Below, one piece after another: positions 17,623 through 26,969 of a stretch of 32,000 nt of DNA. Below the pieces are notes generated by a model. It did not search any database, had not been told where the DNA came from, and saw nothing but the letters and a program-made list of their open reading frames with translations. The position numbers were made by a program, and so were the translations under genes. The DNA comes from Synechocystis sp. PCC 6803 substr. PCC-P (GTDB lineage Bacteria; Cyanobacteriota; Cyanobacteriia; Cyanobacteriales; Microcystaceae). The stretch's first letter is position 1. Every line of letters begins with the position of its first letter. Location: positions 3,510,001 through 3,542,000 of the forward strand of contig NC_017039.1 of assembly GCF_000284455.1 (NCBI RefSeq), written 5' to 3'.

Positions 17623-18399
17623 CTAGAACTGTCTGCGGGCAAAAATCAGATTTGCCAGGGTCAGCATCAGCACGATGTAGAGAATGCCATAGAGAAGGTT
17701 CGCCCAAAGTTCACCGCTGGCGGGCAGAATTCCATACACCGCCTCATTTTTCAGGTTAAATCTCTCCAGGTTAGGCAATACCAGGTAGAGATATTTGGTC
17801 AGGGTTTCGATGTTGGCATTTTTGGTAATTTCCCCCAATTTAAGCAAATCACGACTGATATGCCCCATAAAATACACCCCAAAACTGAGCAGGGTGGCCA
17901 AAATTGAACTGGTGAATACCCCAAATAAAATGGCGATCGCCGTGAGAACTGCTAATTCTAATAACAGAAAAGCTTGGGAAATGAGAATGGCAGTGGGGGA
18001 AAAGGGGATTTTGGCCCAGGCCAACATGACCAAGTAAATGCTGGTCATAATCACCAACATGGCAGTCAGCACCCCCGATAATCCCAGATGTTTGCCGATA
18101 ATAAACTCACTGCGGCTGAGGGGCTTGGGAATGAGCACCAACACCGTGCGCTTATCAATTTCTTTGTTAATCAAACCTGTACCGACAAAAATCGCCACGA
18201 TCGCCCCCAACAGGGAAGTGGCCGCTAAACCGAGGTCGAGGAAAATTTTGCCATCCGCCCCAACGGAAATTTCTGGCAGGATCCGCAGGGCTAAGGCCAT
18301 TAAAATGGCGAAAAATCCGATCACATAAAGAATTCGGTCCCGAATAACTTCCCGAAAACCATTGGCGGCGATCGCCCAAATTCTGAAAATATTGACCAT
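17623..18399 (-). CDS. ABC-2 type transporter permease (NosY/PilI-like), with no adjacent ATPase
   Basis: 258 aa and six hydrophobic helices with a long first extracytoplasmic loop, which is the ABC-2 permease topology. It converges on the preceding CDS with a gap of only 7 nt. Confidence 0.65.
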   Translation of the reverse strand: MVNIFRIWAIAANGFREVIRDRILYVIGFFAILMALALRILPEISVGADGKIFLDLGLAATSLLGAIVAIFVGTGLINKEIDKRTVLVLIPKPLSRSEFIIGKHLGLSGVLTAMLVIMTSIYLVMLAWAKIPFSPTAILISQAFLLLELAVLTAIAILFGVFTSSILATLLSFGVYFMGHISRDLLKLGEITKNANIETLTKYLYLVLPNLERFNLKNEAVYGILPASGELWANLLYGILYIVLMLTLANLIFARRQF

Positions 18400-18454
18400 A
18401 ATTTTTCAGTCAATCCACTTAAATCGCAATGATCCTAACGATCAATTAAATAAT

Positions 18455-18485
18455 AAAAAACCCACCGAGCTCGAACAAGATGGGT
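18455..18485 (-). terminator. Candidate intrinsic terminator downstream of the DUF1269 gene
   Basis: On the minus strand, ACCCA...TGGGT (18481-18485 pairs with 18461-18465) is followed by T6 (complement of A18455-18460). It lies 44 nt after the stop at 18529. Confidence 0.45.
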
Positions 18486-18528
18486 CATGGCAAAACTTCT
18501 ATTCTCAAAGCGCTGGCATAAACCAGAC

Positions 18529-19044
18529 CTATTCCGCCGCTGGGACGCCATCCAATAAACCATGGCGATCGAGCACTGCCTGTAACTGAGACTCCTCATC
18601 CTGGGAAAGGGAAGTTCTCAGCACTTTACCGCCGTATTTGCTCACATCGGCCAAAACCTTATCGGGGGTAACTTTTTTGACTAGGACAAATAGGGCCGAA
18701 CTACCGGGGCACATGGTTTCCCCCAGTTCCCGCATAAAATTGTCATCTACACCAATGTCACTGAGGGCACCGGCCAAGGCACCACTGGCAGCTCCCACCG
18801 CAGCTCCCAACAGGGGATTGAAAAATAAAATACCGATCAATAAACCCCAAAAGCCGCCACTAACGGCGCCGGAACTGGTGAGATTAATGGCTTGCTTGAG
18901 CTTGACTTTGCCCTTTTCGTCTTTGACCACAACGGCGGCATCTTCCATTTCGATCAAATGCTCTACTTGTAGCTTGGCCAGGGCAAGGCGTACTTCCTCT
19001 GCCTTGTATTCATCATCGTAGCCGATAACAATTAAGTCACTCAT
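18529..19044 (-). CDS. DUF1269 membrane protein (glycine-zipper type)
   Basis: The N-terminal domain reads LIVIGYDDEYKAEEV...DAAVVVKDEKGKVKLKQ. It is followed by a glycine-zipper hydrophobic region (GGFWGLLIGILFFNPLLGAAVGAASGALAGAL) and a C-terminal soluble domain. Confidence 0.7.
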   Translation of the reverse strand: MSDLIVIGYDDEYKAEEVRLALAKLQVEHLIEMEDAAVVVKDEKGKVKLKQAINLTSSGAVSGGFWGLLIGILFFNPLLGAAVGAASGALAGALSDIGVDDNFMRELGETMCPGSSALFVLVKKVTPDKVLADVSKYGGKVLRTSLSQDEESQLQAVLDRHGLLDGVPAAE

Positions 19045-19243
19045 AAAACTTTACTGAAAATAATTGGTGATTACTAGGCTCCATGGTAGCAGTTGGGTTC
19101 AATCTTGAAAGTTGGGGTAACCGTCAATACAACATTGGCTCCATGGCTGGTCAATCCATTACAATTTGGGTTATTCGGTGACGCCCCAACCTCCACACCT
19201 CCGTTAGATCCCATCTGGATAAAACTAATAAACTCTATTACCC

Positions 19244-20254
19244 ATGATTAAAGCCTACGCTGCCCTGGAAGCCAACGGAAAACTCCAACCCTTTGAATAC
19301 GACCCCGGTGCCCTGGGTGCTAATGAGGTGGAGATTGAGGTGCAGTATTGTGGGGTGTGCCACAGTGATTTGTCCATGATTAATAACGAATGGGGCATTT
19401 CCAATTACCCCCTAGTGCCGGGTCATGAGGTGGTGGGTACTGTGGCCGCCATGGGCGAAGGGGTGAACCATGTTGAGGTGGGGGATTTAGTGGGGCTGGG
19501 TTGGCATTCGGGCTACTGCATGACCTGCCATAGTTGTTTATCTGGCTACCACAACCTTTGTGCCACGGCGGAATCGACCATTGTGGGCCACTACGGTGGC
19601 TTTGGCGATCGGGTTCGGGCCAAGGGAGTCAGCGTGGTGAAATTACCTAAAGGCATTGACCTAGCCAGTGCCGGGCCCCTTTTCTGTGGAGGAATTACCG
19701 TTTTCAGTCCTATGGTGGAACTGAGTTTAAAGCCCACTGCAAAAGTGGCAGTGATCGGCATTGGGGGCTTGGGCCATTTAGCGGTGCAATTTCTCCGGGC
19801 CTGGGGCTGTGAAGTGACTGCCTTTACCTCCAGTGCCAGGAAGCAAACGGAAGTGTTGGAATTGGGCGCTCACCACATACTAGATTCCACCAATCCAGAG
19901 GCGATCGCCAGTGCGGAAGGCAAATTTGACTATATTATCTCCACTGTGAACCTGAAGCTTGACTGGAACTTATACATCAGCACCCTGGCGCCCCAGGGAC
20001 ATTTCCACTTTGTTGGGGTGGTGTTGGAGCCTTTGGATCTAAATCTTTTTCCCCTTTTGATGGGACAACGCTCCGTTTCTGCCTCCCCAGTGGGTAGTCC
20101 CGCCACCATTGCCACCATGTTGGACTTTGCTGTGCGCCATGACATTAAACCCGTGGTGGAACAATTTAGCTTTGATCAGATCAACGAGGCGATCGCCCAT
20201 CTAGAAAGCGGCAAAGCCCATTATCGGGTAGTGCTCAGCCATAGTAAAAATTAG
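19244..20254 (+). CDS. adhA: Zinc-dependent medium-chain alcohol dehydrogenase (NADP-preferring, YahK/AdhA type)
   Basis: The catalytic zinc motif is CGVCHSD...GHEVVGTV. The structural zinc cluster is CMTCHSCLSGYHNLC. The Rossmann motif is IGIGGLGHLAVQ. Length is 336 aa. Confidence 0.9.
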   Translation: MIKAYAALEANGKLQPFEYDPGALGANEVEIEVQYCGVCHSDLSMINNEWGISNYPLVPGHEVVGTVAAMGEGVNHVEVGDLVGLGWHSGYCMTCHSCLSGYHNLCATAESTIVGHYGGFGDRVRAKGVSVVKLPKGIDLASAGPLFCGGITVFSPMVELSLKPTAKVAVIGIGGLGHLAVQFLRAWGCEVTAFTSSARKQTEVLELGAHHILDSTNPEAIASAEGKFDYIISTVNLKLDWNLYISTLAPQGHFHFVGVVLEPLDLNLFPLLMGQRSVSASPVGSPATIATMLDFAVRHDIKPVVEQFSFDQINEAIAHLESGKAHYRVVLSHSKN

Positions 20255-20487
20255 CTCTGCAAAGGTTGCTTCTGGGTCCGTGGAATGGTCAAACGGAGTC
20301 GATCTCAGTTTTGATACGCTCTATCTGGAAAGCTTGACATTCGATGGGGTGTGAGATTCAACGGGCTAGGCAAAACCCCTGACAGATAGCCGAGGCAAAG
20401 GATTTCGGCAGTGTTAAAACAAACAATTCTGACCAAGACATTACTGCTAGAATGGCACATTGAACCAGTTCTTCAGGTAAAAGCAGT

Positions 20488-21690
20488 ATGGGTCGCGCCA
20501 AGAAAGTCGTTCTCGCCTATTCCGGTGGGGTAGATACATCGGTTTGTATTCCCTATTTGATGCACGAATGGGGCGTTGAGGAAGTTATTACCCTCGCGGC
20601 GGATTTGGGCCAGGGGGATGAACTGGGGCCGATCCAGGAAAAAGCCCTGCGGTGTGGTGCGGTAGAATCCTTGGTTATTGACGGCAAGGAAGAATTCGTT
20701 AAGGAGTATGCTTTTCGTTCTATCCAGGCCAATGCTCTCTACGAAAACCGTTATCCCCTCTCCACAGCCCTAGCCCGGCCCTTAATTGCCAAAATGCTGG
20801 TGGAAGCGGCGGAAAAATACGGTGCCGATGCGGTGGCCCATGGTTGTACTGGTAAGGGCAATGACCAAGTGCGGTTCGATATCAGCATTATGGCCCTAAA
20901 CCCCAATTTGAAGGTGTTGGCCCCAGCCCGGGAATGGAAAATGAGCCGGGAAGAAACCATCGCCTATGGGGAACGGTATGGCGTAGAATCCCCCGTGAAA
21001 AAGTCTTCCCCCTACAGCATTGACCGCAACATTCTCGGCCGTAGCATTGAAGCGGGGCCTCTGGAAGACCCCATGACCGAGCCCACGGAAGAAATTTATC
21101 TGATGACCAAGGCGATCGCCGACACCCCAGATGAACCGGAATATGTGGACATCGGCTTTGAAAAAGGTATTCCCGTTAGTTTGAATGGGGTGATGCTAGA
21201 CCCCGTTACCCTGGTGGAACGCCTGAACGAAATTGCGGGGAACCACGGGGTAGGCCGTTTGGATATGGTGGAGAACCGGGTGGTGGGGATTAAATCCCGC
21301 GAGATTTACGAAGCTCCGGCTTTGCTAGTTTTAATTGATGCCCACCGGGATCTGGAAAGTTTGACCCAAACCGCCGATGTTACCCACTATAAAAACACCG
21401 TCGAAGAAATTTATAGTCAGTTAATTTACCGGGGATTATGGTACAGCCCCCTCAAAGAAGCCCTGGATGCTTTTATTGTCAAAACCCAGGAACGGGTTAC
21501 GGGCATGGTGCGGGTGAAATTCTTCAAGGGCAATGCCAACGTTGCCGGTCGTAAATCCGATTACTCCATCTATGATGCGGAATTGGCCACCTACGGCATG
21601 GAAGACCAATTCGACCATAAGGCGGCGGAAGGCTTTATCTATATTTGGGGCTTACCCACCAAAGTTTGGGCCCAGAAAATGCGCGGTTAA
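20488..21690 (+). CDS. argG: Argininosuccinate synthase
   Basis: It has the [12 protein letters not shown]-binding motif, [14 protein letters not shown], and [20 protein letters not shown], at a length of 400 aa. Confidence 0.98.
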   Translation: MGRAKKVVLAYSGGVDTSVCIPYLMHEWGVEEVITLAADLGQGDELGPIQEKALRCGAVESLVIDGKEEFVKEYAFRSIQANALYENRYPLSTALARPLIAKMLVEAAEKYGADAVAHGCTGKGNDQVRFDISIMALNPNLKVLAPAREWKMSREETIAYGERYGVESPVKKSSPYSIDRNILGRSIEAGPLEDPMTEPTEEIYLMTKAIADTPDEPEYVDIGFEKGIPVSLNGVMLDPVTLVERLNEIAGNHGVGRLDMVENRVVGIKSREIYEAPALLVLIDAHRDLESLTQTADVTHYKNTVEEIYSQLIYRGLWYSPLKEALDAFIVKTQERVTGMVRVKFFKGNANVAGRKSDYSIYDAELATYGMEDQFDHKAAEGFIYIWGLPTKVWAQKMRG

Positions 21691-21761
21691 GTCCTCACTG
21701 CCCTAGTTTTTCCTCCATTACTCGGAAATTCTAGTTCTTTGAACAATTGCCAACTAGTTAG

Positions 21762-21805
21762 ACCCCGATCGCCAGGGATATGAACTTTGGACTGTCGGGG
21801 TTTTT
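21762..21805 (+). terminator. Candidate intrinsic terminator after argG
   Basis: ACCCCGA (21762-21768) pairs with TCGGGGT (21795-21801), and the 3' arm runs into a T5 tract (21801-21805). The 26-nt loop is large, so support is modest. Confidence 0.4.
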
Positions 21806-21889
21806 GCTGTGGCTAATATGGTGCAGAAGCTCGGGACTGTGGAACAAATTACGGTTAAAATTTGGACTGTTGCTTTTTCTTTCTTCCCC

Positions 21890-22582
21890 ATGCTGAGACT
21901 GATTACCGACTGTGATGGCCCGATTATGGATGTTTCTGATCGGTACTATCAGGTCTATCAGTACTGTCTTGAGCAGGTTAAATTGCCTGGACAAGATCTT
22001 AATGTATTGAGTAAAGCAGAATTTTGGCAAAGGAAACGGAGTAAGGTGCCCAAGGCACAGATTGGTCTGGACTCTGGCTTAACTAAGGAGCAAACGGAAG
22101 AATTTGTCGCTATCCGCAATCGCACCGTCCATAGCCAGCCCTATTTACCCTATGACCAGCCCCTGGCTGGAGTGGAGGAAATATTACAGGACATCAAAGA
22201 CCGAGGCATTGATCTGGTGCTAATGACCATGCGGCGGGAAAGTGAACTGCAAGAAGCCCTAGACCGCAATCACTTTAACCATTTTTTTCCCATTGATCGC
22301 CGTTATTGTTTGGCTAATGATTATGTCAAAACCGGCGACACTAACGATAAACCCCGGTTGATGGAACGGGCCCTAGCGGAATTACCTCCGGCGGATAGTG
22401 TGTGGATGGTGGGGGACACCGAAGCGGATATTTTGGCGGCCCAGCGGGGCAATCTGCCGGCGATCGCTGTTTTGTCTGGCATTCGTAACCGGGAACAATT
22501 GGAACGTTATCAACCGGATTTTATTGTGGACAATTTAGCCGAAGCAGTGAATTTGTTTTACCAACACCATGGGGTTGAATAG
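21890..22582 (+). CDS. HAD-superfamily hydrolase (phosphoglycolate phosphatase-like)
   Basis: HAD motif I is ITDCDGPIMD, right after the ATG at 21890. Motif IV is VGDTEADILAA. The ORF track begins at GTG 21809, but that 27-aa extension has no family counterpart and abuts the argG terminator candidate. Confidence 0.75.
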   Translation: MLRLITDCDGPIMDVSDRYYQVYQYCLEQVKLPGQDLNVLSKAEFWQRKRSKVPKAQIGLDSGLTKEQTEEFVAIRNRTVHSQPYLPYDQPLAGVEEILQDIKDRGIDLVLMTMRRESELQEALDRNHFNHFFPIDRRYCLANDYVKTGDTNDKPRLMERALAELPPADSVWMVGDTEADILAAQRGNLPAIAVLSGIRNREQLERYQPDFIVDNLAEAVNLFYQHHGVE

Positions 22583-22733
22583 GGATTAGTAGCAGTTGAA
22601 TAAGTTTTGTGCCAACCCCTAGAAATCCAGTTCGCAAATCGTCCATACTAAATACTAGGGACTAACTAAGGCCCTGGTGGGGAGTGAAAATCAATAACAC
22701 CAAAGCACCGAGTTGAGATCCTAGGAGCAAAAT

Positions 22734-23066
22734 ATGATTACCGTCGCACGAAAAACTACCATAACCTTAGGGCTAATGGCGATCGCCGTTAGTTCAGTGT
22801 GGCCAGCCCAAGCCCAAATGATGACCGAAGAAAATCTTAATCCCTTGCCCCAATCGGAAGGCAGTGCGGCGGATTTGGCCGGTATTTTGCCCAAGGATAG
22901 TGCCCTTTGGCTGGGAGGCGTGGGGGGAGAAGGGGATATCGATGCCGAGGGAGACTATAGTCCCTACGAAATCCGTTCCGACCAATTTGAAGGACAACTA
23001 ACGGAAATGGAGGAACAGCAGTTACTAGAAAGCTCCCAACTACGCTTGGGTGTTGGCAGATTCTAG
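22734..23066 (+). CDS. Small secreted acidic protein, function unknown
   Basis: 110 aa with a clear signal peptide (TLGLMAIAVSSVWPAQAQ). The mature part is acidic. I recognised no domain. Confidence 0.5.
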   Translation: MITVARKTTITLGLMAIAVSSVWPAQAQMMTEENLNPLPQSEGSAADLAGILPKDSALWLGGVGGEGDIDAEGDYSPYEIRSDQFEGQLTEMEEQQLLESSQLRLGVGRF

Positions 23067-23107
23067 CCATTTTTGCAGTGTAGTTCTCTAATCTGTTTCT
23101 CCTTCAC

Positions 23108-24274
23108 TTAATCCGGATACCAAATCGCCTCTACTTGTTTCACCAAATCTTCAGCCCAGGCAGTGGAAGGTTCCGATTCAACATCAGGGTTTAACAAAGT
23201 CACATGGCCCAGCTTCCGACCGGGACGACAGTCTCCTTTGCCGTACCAATGGACGTGGCTATGGGGCAGAGCGGCTAGTTTATCCAACTGTTGCTGATAA
23301 TCCCCTGTAGATACTTCGTAGCCCAATAAATTCACCATCACCGCTTGGCCGCAACGCAAAGCCGATGAACCCAATGTTTGCCCAGTTACCGCCTGCAGTT
23401 GCAGAGCAAATTGGGAAGTGTGGCAAGCATCTAAGCTGAAATGGCCAGAGTTATGGGTGCGGGGGGCCAACTCGTTTACCAGTAACCTTTGCTCCGGGGT
23501 AGGGGTTTGGGTAGATGCTGGTAATAGAAAAAACTCGATCGCCAAAATACCCACGTAATCTAAATGGTTGAGAATGCGACGGCAGTAATCCTGGGCCGTG
23601 GCGGCAATGGCGGCATCAATGGGGGCAGGGGCCACCACCCAACGACAAACCTGGTCAATTTGCTTGGTTTCCACCACTGGGTAAATTTCCATTTCTCCCC
23701 TGGCATTGCGGACACCGATAACGGCCAATTCCCTTTCGTAGGGGACAAAACTCTCCACCATCCAACTACCGGGGGGAGCTTTACTTAAATCTGGTAAATC
23801 CGCTGGGGAATTAATAATTTGGGTTCCTTGGCCATCATAGCCATGGCGACGGGCCTTTAACACCCAGGGAAAATCGGGCAATTGGGCGGGCAACGATTCC
23901 AAAGCCCAAAAATCCGGTACGGGTAAACCGAGGTTTTGCAAAAAATGGCGTTGTTCCCATTTATCCAACAAAGGAGCGAGGGCATCGAGGCGGGGATGAA
24001 AAGTAATTCCTTGTTGGGCTAACTTTTCCAGGCTGGGCAGATCGACAAATTCATTTTCAAAGGTGATCACCCCACAGTGCTCTGCTAACTCCCTAGTTCC
24101 TTCCCCATCGGCGATCGCCGTCAATACCACTTTGTCCGCCAATGCCACGGCCGGATCACTTTCCCCAGGGGTTTGCACTGCAAGTTTTAATCCCAATCGG
24201 GGGGCTTCCTGGGCCATCATCCAGGCCAACTGTCCACCACCAATTACCCCCACTGTGGTTAATTTTGTTTCCAT
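23108..24274 (-). CDS. purK: N5-carboxyaminoimidazole ribonucleotide synthase
   Basis: It has the N-terminal VGVIGGGQLAWMM motif, an ATP-grasp core (GYDGQGT, VESFVPYERELAVIG) and the NELAPRTHNSGH motif. Confidence 0.92.
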   Translation of the reverse strand: METKLTTVGVIGGGQLAWMMAQEAPRLGLKLAVQTPGESDPAVALADKVVLTAIADGEGTRELAEHCGVITFENEFVDLPSLEKLAQQGITFHPRLDALAPLLDKWEQRHFLQNLGLPVPDFWALESLPAQLPDFPWVLKARRHGYDGQGTQIINSPADLPDLSKAPPGSWMVESFVPYERELAVIGVRNARGEMEIYPVVETKQIDQVCRWVVAPAPIDAAIAATAQDYCRRILNHLDYVGILAIEFFLLPASTQTPTPEQRLLVNELAPRTHNSGHFSLDACHTSQFALQLQAVTGQTLGSSALRCGQAVMVNLLGYEVSTGDYQQQLDKLAALPHSHVHWYGKGDCRPGRKLGHVTLLNPDVESEPSTAWAEDLVKQVEAIWYPD

Positions 24275-24349
24275 TGAGCTACAGACTACCGCCTAATCAA
24301 TGGCGAAGTTTACAAGTTTACGTTTACGTCCGAAATTTCGCCGAACATC

Positions 24350-24859
24350 CTAGGAACAACCTAAGGATTCCCTCGTACTGATGCCAGTTTTGGGATTCAC
24401 CCCATCCGCCACTTTACAAAGAGCTGCTATCTGTTCCGTGTCCAACACAGCGAGACTAAAATCAGCCCCTTGGATTTTGGCATTTTTAAAAGAAGTCCGG
24501 AGCATAATCGCTTCGGCTAAAATGGCGTTTTCCAAATTAGCCCCATTGAAACTGGTCAAATAGGTCAAACCATTGGTCAAATCCACCCCCTTCAAGTTGG
24601 CATCGGTGAGGTTAGCGCCATTAAACACTGATCCCCGCAAATCCATTGCTTCAAAAATGCTGCTGGTCAAATCCACATTGGTGAACTGGGCGGTGAGCAG
24701 GTCTTGGTCCCGAAAATCCGTTTCCGCCAACACCATATTTTCGAAAGCTGAAGCTCCCCCGGTTACGGAAGAAGAACTAGCGGCGATCGCCGGGGCAGAC
24801 CAAATCAAACAAGCCACGGTGAGCACAACAAGGAAGGACTGACGAAACACTTTCAGCAT
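24350..24859 (-). CDS. Pentapeptide-repeat protein with a signal peptide (probably thylakoid-lumenal or periplasmic)
   Basis: The signal peptide ends in APAIAAS. Tandem A(D/N)LXX pentapeptides run through most of the mature protein ([18 protein letters not shown]..., [13 protein letters not shown]...). Confidence 0.85.
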   Translation of the reverse strand: MLKVFRQSFLVVLTVACLIWSAPAIAASSSSVTGGASAFENMVLAETDFRDQDLLTAQFTNVDLTSSIFEAMDLRGSVFNGANLTDANLKGVDLTNGLTYLTSFNGANLENAILAEAIMLRTSFKNAKIQGADFSLAVLDTEQIAALCKVADGVNPKTGISTRESLGCS

Positions 24860-25054
24860 TGGGGAAGCGATGACCTGAATTCAATGTGGCATAGACACCA
24901 ACTAGATTATCAGTAATCAAGGCGCGGGCATACCCCCAATGGCAGGGAGAGGTTATGTTCCACTGATTTCCTCGGCGGCAAGAATTGGTAATCGACTCCG
25001 GAAGTAACTCATTCAACCAAAGATTTGTCCGGGTAAATTAAGTCTGACCTTGCT

Positions 25055-25447
25055 ATGATCAGGGATGTCTTTTATCTTCTTTCATTAAATATGTACTATT
25101 TGCCCCAGCCTCCCTATTTTTTAATTGCGGTAGGGCTTTTTGTTGGGATTACCTGTGGCGCGGCCTTTGAAGCCACCTTAAAACAGAAAGTGAAGCTTTG
25201 GTTAAATACCCCCGCCAGCACACTAGCCGACCTGGATTTACAACTACCTTTCATGGGTATTTGTGTAGGGGTTTGTGTATTCCTAGCTTCTGGAGTGCAA
25301 ATTTTTTTGGGTAATGGTTGGATTTCCTACGCCATTTCTTTGCCCATTACCGTTTTTATTGCAGCATTGGTGTGGCGACAATTAGATAGCTTACTAAAAC
25401 AATTAAAAAGCGGTGGATCTGCGGCCATTGATTTAGATATTTTCTAG
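25055..25447 (+). CDS. Small membrane protein (about 3 helices), function unknown
   Basis: 130-aa ORF with hydrophobic segments. It ends 29 nt before the next same-strand gene. An alternative start is the M at codon 13 (MYYLPQ). Confidence 0.5.
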   Translation: MIRDVFYLLSLNMYYLPQPPYFLIAVGLFVGITCGAAFEATLKQKVKLWLNTPASTLADLDLQLPFMGICVGVCVFLASGVQIFLGNGWISYAISLPITVFIAALVWRQLDSLLKQLKSGGSAAIDLDIF

Positions 25448-25476
25448 CTAGTGAGAAGGTTTGCCACAATTTTGTT

Positions 25477-26031
25477 ATGGATGTTATGGATTTACCTGTT
25501 CTCGGCTCCACCCTATTTTTTACTATTTTTTCCCTAATTGGCTTGATATTTTTCATTCGTTCTTCAGTTAAAGACCGGACCCAAAGAATCCGGGCTTGGA
25601 TCGATAACCCCGAAGCGGGCATATTGGATGAAATCAAAACCTATTTCAATAACCGAGCCTACCGCATTACCAACATTGACCCAGTCCAACAGGCAATCAC
25701 CTTTGAAGGTAATGTACAAGCTAGCCCCTTTCTGGCAGTATTTTTGAGTCTGTTAGCTGCCCTAGGACTGCTCTGTTTAGCCTTGGTGTTAGCGGTATTT
25801 TGGCCCCAACGGGGTTTTCTATTTTTCTTCCTACTGTGGTTAGCGCCCTTAGCGGGAACTTTCTATTGGCAAAAAGCGGCCAGGGTAGAAGCAATTACAT
25901 TGGAAGTGGGAGATCCGGATCAACCTTCCCATCCAGGACAATATCCCCTAACTATCACCGCCCATCGGGACGAGTTGCGGGAACTGCAAGCTCAATTTCC
26001 TTTGGATTGGCAAGGGGGAAGTTCCCATTAA
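25477..26031 (+). CDS. Membrane protein that is possibly CCB1-like (cofactor assembly of complex C, subunit B; DUF3529)
   Basis: 184 aa. An N-terminal helix is followed by RSSVKDRTQ, then a soluble insert and two further helices. This layout resembles cyanobacterial proteins annotated as cofactor assembly of complex C subunit B. The family call is from memory only. Confidence 0.45.
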   Translation: MDVMDLPVLGSTLFFTIFSLIGLIFFIRSSVKDRTQRIRAWIDNPEAGILDEIKTYFNNRAYRITNIDPVQQAITFEGNVQASPFLAVFLSLLAALGLLCLALVLAVFWPQRGFLFFFLLWLAPLAGTFYWQKAARVEAITLEVGDPDQPSHPGQYPLTITAHRDELRELQAQFPLDWQGGSSH

Positions 26032-26139
26032 TATCAGCGATATTTAGCGATATTTTGGGAGATTTTTCCAATATTACCTGGTTATTCTTTCAATATTTGT
26101 TCCATTAACGTTGCTTGCTAACAACTAAATTTCAAATCC

Positions 26140-26856
26140 ATGGGCTTAGCCGTTGACAGTAATTTAATTGGTAAAATTTTGGCCCCTGCCCTGAGGCTCT
26201 GGCTCCGCTCCCAGGTGGAAACAGTGGAGAGTTTGGAACTGGAAATTGATGGCAAAGACCGACAAATTTTACGGGGCTATGTGCCTAGGGTTGCCCTTAG
26301 TAGTGACAGGGCCATTTACCAAGGTCTACAACTAGGACGGGTGTTACTGCGGGGAGAAAATATCCGCATTAACATTGGCCAGGTAATCAAAGGCAAACCC
26401 CTAAAACTATTGGAGCCAATTCGGGTTAGCGGAGAGTTACAAATTTCCCAAAGCCATCTGCAAGCATCCCTAGCTTCTAATTTACTTGCCAGTGCTTTTG
26501 AGGAACTATTAGTAGCTTTGTTGGCAGAACAGGGAGTGGAAAATCCCCAGGGCAAGTTGAAGAATTACACTTTCCATTGGCAGGCGATCGCCTTAGAGCA
26601 TCAATCTTTTCAGCTCAAAGGTGAAGTGCAAGACCCCCAGGGTCAAAGCCATGAGCTTTTGGTGCAGGCCCGTCTACAGTTGGCCAGCTCCAAAACCCTA
26701 CATCTAGAAGACATTACCCTACTAGGATTACCGGCGATCGCCAACCGAAAGTTAGAGCGTTTGACCGTTGACCTAGGGGAAGACGTGGACCTTGAATCCC
26801 TCGATCTAAACAATGGCGAGCTTTTCTGCCTTGGGCGGGTATTAGTCCGCCCTTGA
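26140..26856 (+). CDS. DUF2993 (LmeA-like) protein
   Basis: 238 aa. It contains a repeated pattern of the type L.L.I.G.D..IL.G.VP.V.L....A.Y.GL.L..V.L....I.IN, which is characteristic of DUF2993. Confidence 0.6.
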   Translation: MGLAVDSNLIGKILAPALRLWLRSQVETVESLELEIDGKDRQILRGYVPRVALSSDRAIYQGLQLGRVLLRGENIRINIGQVIKGKPLKLLEPIRVSGELQISQSHLQASLASNLLASAFEELLVALLAEQGVENPQGKLKNYTFHWQAIALEHQSFQLKGEVQDPQGQSHELLVQARLQLASSKTLHLEDITLLGLPAIANRKLERLTVDLGEDVDLESLDLNNGELFCLGRVLVRP

Positions 26857-26969
26857 ACCTTGGCAATCCGTCGGTAAAGTTGTCATTTACCCCCTAAATT
26901 CCCCAACATTTGGTGATTTGTATTTAGTTTCTCCAAACTTAGGGAACCAAGGGGCGTTCAAACAATTTA

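Noticed and set aside
9996-19146. The decamer GGCTCCATGG occurs three times, all in intergenic DNA: 9996-10005 upstream of psbA1/surE, and 19077-19086 and 19137-19146 upstream of adhA. I considered it as a shared regulator site.
   Set aside because: In 32 kb the expected number of decamers occurring three times by chance is of order several (N^3/6 divided by 4^20 is about 5, and higher with biased composition). The flanks share nothing further. The intergenic location was noticed after the fact. It is worth a motif search genome-wide but is not supportable from this window.
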